Below are positions 59,648 through 64,000 of a stretch of DNA of 64,000 bases, piece after piece. The position numbers were made by a program, and so were the translations under genes. Position 1 is the first letter of the stretch. The number at the start of each line of letters is the position of its first letter. The stretch is from Mytilus trossulus (lineage: Eukaryota). The notes beneath the pieces were generated by a model. That model was not told the origin of the DNA, made no database searches, and worked only from the letters and a program-made list of their open reading frames with translations. Where the stretch lies: contig NC_086381.1 in NCBI RefSeq assembly GCF_036588685.1, positions 21,018,001-21,082,000 of the forward strand, written 5' to 3'.

Positions 59648-62181
59648 ACTTTGATAATAATTAAAGCAGATCATAGACATCTGTTTGAATTGAAACAGGG
59701 AATTTGGTTTGTTTTTAAAAGTAACAAATAAAACATTAATTATACTTTTTTTACTCTTTTTCTCTTATTGAATTGATGACAATTATTGGTCAAAAAGGGT
59801 GATTATGACCAAATGATCAACAGATGCTTGTCTTGGTCAATCAGTTGCAAATTTATTTACACAGCAATATTAAGTGACATTTATATTGTTTGATAATAAA
59901 ACTTTAACGGATCAGGAAACCATCTATATATAGACCCACTTGTTTCACAGATACAAATTTTGTTTATCAATGTTTTTCTAAATTTTTTTTCAATTTCCTG
60001 TCTATTTGTATTACTTTATTAACGTTTTTAATGTTGACTTTTTGTTTTCTAGCAATGAGCAGTTTACTATCCATATATGGACCATAATTTGGTATTCGGC
60101 CTTTGGTTTCTTTTGGTTTCCTTTTTTATAAGTTCTAAAACTTTAACTTTTATTCTGTGGGTTGTGTTGGTGTTAGAATAGTATGAATGGAACAATTGAG
60201 TTTTTCAAGAAAAAATTAATACATTTTGATTCAACGTTTACGTGACAGGAAACCAAGCAGGAAACCAATCTTTATTTTCTTTATTTTGCACAATATATTT
60301 CAAAAGACATAAATGAACACCATTACTAGTGTTACTTGCTTCATGTTAATATTTTAAATCTATTTTCAATGTTAAATTAAAGTTTTTTTTAAATGCGACA
60401 GGAAACCATAAGAAACCGAAAGCATTTTTTAAGTTTTATTTTATTGCAAAATCTGCTTAAAATAATCTGATCAGTATACTTTTTATTAAAATCCATCTTT
60501 AATGTAACAGTATTATAAAACTCCTAAATATGTGCTTGTTTTGAAAACAATTAGTACAATTTATTCAGAAATTTCTATTTTTTCTTTATTGATACAGGAT
60601 ACCATAATCGTTGTATCTTGATGTTTAAGCCAAAAAAATGTATTTATATTTGGTTTTGAAATTCCAGTTATATACAATTTATTCCAAATCATTGGCAATG
60701 TAACATTCTTTAAATCCAGTAAAGAAAAAAACTTTTAACTTGGAATTAAAATCTTTAAAATAGGCACAATGTGATACTTGTGACCTGTACACCATCTACA
60801 TGGTTTCCACATTTTAACCTACTTTAGTGGGTTAAAATCAATAAAGTTCTTCTTTTCAAGTCATGCATGGTAAAAGTTTACTTCTCCTTTGACAAGTATA
60901 TTGCGTTTCTGATGTGTTTGCAGAACATGAATAAAAAATAATAATTAAAAATTGTGACAAAGATGCCAACTTTGTACATTCCAAGTGTAACGATATATTA
61001 ACATGTATTTTTTATCAAATTATATTTATTCGCATAAAATATCCAGTAATATTTACTGCTGAAGTTAAATCAATTCAACGAGCATTGGTACAATGATAAG
61101 AGACGTAATTTCGATTGATTTTTCCAAGGACTCTTCACATCGTTATCGGTAAACAAAGTGTGTTCTAACATCTGTCAAATCTGTAATCGATTTTGTCAAG
61201 TCATTGGGCATCCATTTTCACACAGGATCGTATGTAACATTATGCACATAGGAAAAATAACAGACCACCTGCGCAATCTTTTTGACAATTGTATTTTCCT
61301 CTTTTAAACAAGACGAAACAAATCTACATATTATGTTTGCTAACATCCCGTTGGAAACAAAAACAATGTTTAGACCTAGTATTTCGTACATCCAGCCGTA
61401 ATGGCGTGATCACATGTTAGTCACATTTTTCACGTATGACCGGAAATGAATAGACAAACAATTTTTATTAAAAAAAAAGGAAATAACTGGACTTCTGTTT
61501 CGTGTGAGATGTAACACATAACGATAACGTCATTTTCTAACTTAATTATTACGAAGAACAGAACTAGAATGTAAATCCTCTCTGATTTACCTGTTTGAAC
61601 ATCTCACGAGAGTTCATATTTGCATATTGTTATAAAGAATTCTATTACAACAAAGCAGATTACATCATCTTAAATTTGCATTACGAAATCAGACTCCAAA
61701 GTAACGCAACTGGTCTTACACCTGCTACTTATAATTCTCGGCATTTTCTTCAGACAATTCTTATTGGTCGATGTTCTTTATTATTTGAAAGCAAAAGTTA
61801 CGAATCTGCCGGTGACGATTATCTATAAATCAGTCAGCGTTATGCACTACGGAAGCGGAAAGTAACATTAGAAACGACACAAAAATACGGTCGTATAATC
61901 TTTGAAATTTGTTAATTTCAATTTTTTTTCTAGGGAAGAGTAGCATACACTTGTATGTTGATAAAAATAAAGGCTTCTTTAGATGTAGTTACGAGTTTTC
62001 TTACAGTAATACACATTTTTATCACTTTTCTATAGTTATAGGAAACGAGCCCAATAGCAAATTATGGTCCATATATACGCATATTAAAAAATTCTAAAGG
62101 GATCTAAGTAGCCATTTTGAATAGCTTGCCCAGCTTTAGGTAAAAAATAATTAAAATATTTCTATGTGTCCAAGTACCTTA

Positions 62182-62482
62182 GGCCAAAAAAAATTACATG
62201 TCTGTTTCCTGCTGCCAAGGCAAATAAATCAGGGTCGGTAGGTCGGGATTTTTTATTTTTATTTTTGCACCTGTCAGATTTGCAGTTGGTTAAATGTCAT
62301 GTTTTGTTAGGGTCAAGCTTTAATTGAATAATCCTCCCAGTGCCAACATTTTTTAAACCTTAATTGTAGCACATTTGTGCTGGGAGCAGCCATTTTATTG
62401 TTTAGGCATAGTACAACACTGGTCGGGGGGTTTGAGTCAGGGTCGGTCAGGAAACAGGAAACAGACATATTTTTTTTTGGCC
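62182..62482. mobile_element. Zator/PIF-type MITE, TSD TTA
   Basis: TTA|GGCCAAAAAAAA..ATGTCTGTTTCCTG ... CAGGAAACAGACATATTTTTTTTTGGCC|TTA; internal GGGTCGGT motifs. Confidence 0.8.
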
Positions 62483-62588
62483 TTATAAAGACGCTCATTT
62501 TATACTGAAACAATTTTTCCTTCAAAAGCATGCATTTTATTTATCAACGACACCCTTACTCAGCTATCATTTCATTCGTTTCAAATTA

Positions 62589-63885
62589 TTAGCTCACCTG
62601 GCCCGAAGGGCCAAGTGAGCTTTTCTCATCATTTGGCGTCCGTCGTCGTCGTCTGTCATCGTTAACTTTTACAAAAATCTTCTCCTCTGAAACTAATGGG
62701 CCAAATTAAACCAAACTTGGCCACAATCATCATTGGGGTATCTAGTTAAATAAATGTGTGGCGTGACCCGCCAAACCAACCAAGATGGCCGCCATGGCTA
62801 AAAATAGAACATAGGGGTAAAATGAAGTTTTTGGCTTATAACTCAAAAACCAAAGCATTTAGAGGAAATCTGACATGGGGTAATATTGTTTATCAGGTCA
62901 AGATCTATCTGCCCTGAAATTTTCAGATGAATCAGACAACCCGTTGTTGGGTTGCTGCCCCTGAATTGGTAATTTTAGGGAAATTTAGCTGTTTTTGGTT
63001 ATTATCTTGAATGTTATTATAGATAGAGGTAAACTGTAAACAGCAATAATGTTCAGCAAAGTAAGATCTACAAATAAGTCGACATGACCAAAATGGTCAG
63101 TTGACCCCTTTAGGAGTTATTGCCCTTTAAAGTCAATTTTTAACCATTTTTTCGTAAATTTTAAATATCTTTTACAAAAATCTTCTCCTCTGAAACCTTT
63201 GGGCCAAATTAGTCCAAACTTGGCCACAATTATCTCTGGGGTATCTAGTTTGAAAAATGTGTGGCGTGACACGCCAAACCAACCAAGATGGTTGCCATGG
63301 CTAAAAATAGAACATAGGGGTGTAATGCAGCTTTTGGCTTATAACTCAAAAACCAAAGCATTTAGAGCAAATCTGACATGGGATAAAATTGTTAATCAGG
63401 TCAAGGTCTATCTGCCCTGAAATTTTCAGATGAATCAGAGAACCCATTGTTGGGTTGCTGTTCCTGAATTTGTAATTTTAAGGAAATTTTGCTGTTTTTG
63501 GTTATTATCTTGAATATTATTATAGATAGAGATAAACTGTAAACAGCAATAATGTTCAGCAAAGTAAGATTTACAAATAAGTCAACATGACCAAAATGGT
63601 CAATTGACTCCCTAATGAGTTATTGTCCTTTATACATGTAGTCAATTTTCATAAAATTTTCATAAAATTTGTAAATTTTTACTACCGGTAAAATTTTCCA
63701 CAGAAACTACTGGGCCAATTTATTATAGATAGTGATAATTGTAAGCAGCAAGAATGTTCAGTAAAGTAAGATGTACAAACATATCACCAACCAAAACACA
63801 ATTTTGTCATGAATCCATCTGCTTCCTTTGTTTAATATTCACATAGACCAAGGTGAGCGACACAGGCTCTTTAGAGCCTCTAGTT
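62589..63885 (+). mobile_element. HINE / Helentron-type element, same family as 32511-34296, two internal units
   Basis: Same 5' hairpin, (GTC)n, ~500-bp units at ~62667 and ~63170, same 3' hairpin and CTAGTT. Confidence 0.85.
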
Positions 63886-64000
63886 TTAATTTCCCAGTAA
63901 AAGCAATGTAACTGGATAATGTGTCATGTTTATATAAGAACATAGACCAAAAAATAAATTCAAATCATGTAACCAATCTTAAGTTCTTTGACTAAAGTTA

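Overview
AT-rich, intron-rich animal DNA. The repeat content (Helentron/HINE-type elements, abundant short interspersed repeats) suggests a bivalve, probably Mytilus; this is an inference. Hand-assembled spliced genes: the 3' end of CWF19L1 (+); a complete 3-exon NDUFV3 (-); a complete 4-exon RPS11 (+); a single-coding-exon B-box/coiled-coil/beta-propeller TRIM-like gene (-); a 6-exon C6orf89-like gene (-); and a probable first exon of an unidentified divergent gene (+). Two things stand out. (1) RPS11 introns 2 and 3 each carry a tandem array of box C/D snoRNAs. Intron 2 has 10 SNORD35/snR73-type copies. Intron 3 has 5 copies of a guide predicted to methylate the 28S adenosine equivalent to yeast Am876 (snR72). 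The snoRNA bodies are conserved while the spacers diverge. (2) NDUFV3 intron 1 contains a 12.4-kb array of about 142 copies of the gene's own branch point, 3' splice site and first ~40 nt of exon 2, abutting a decayed 5-kb Sola2-like DNA transposon. The rest is MITEs, HINEs, LINE fragments, a solo LTR and satellites. Family names rest on recalled sequence motifs, not on database searches.
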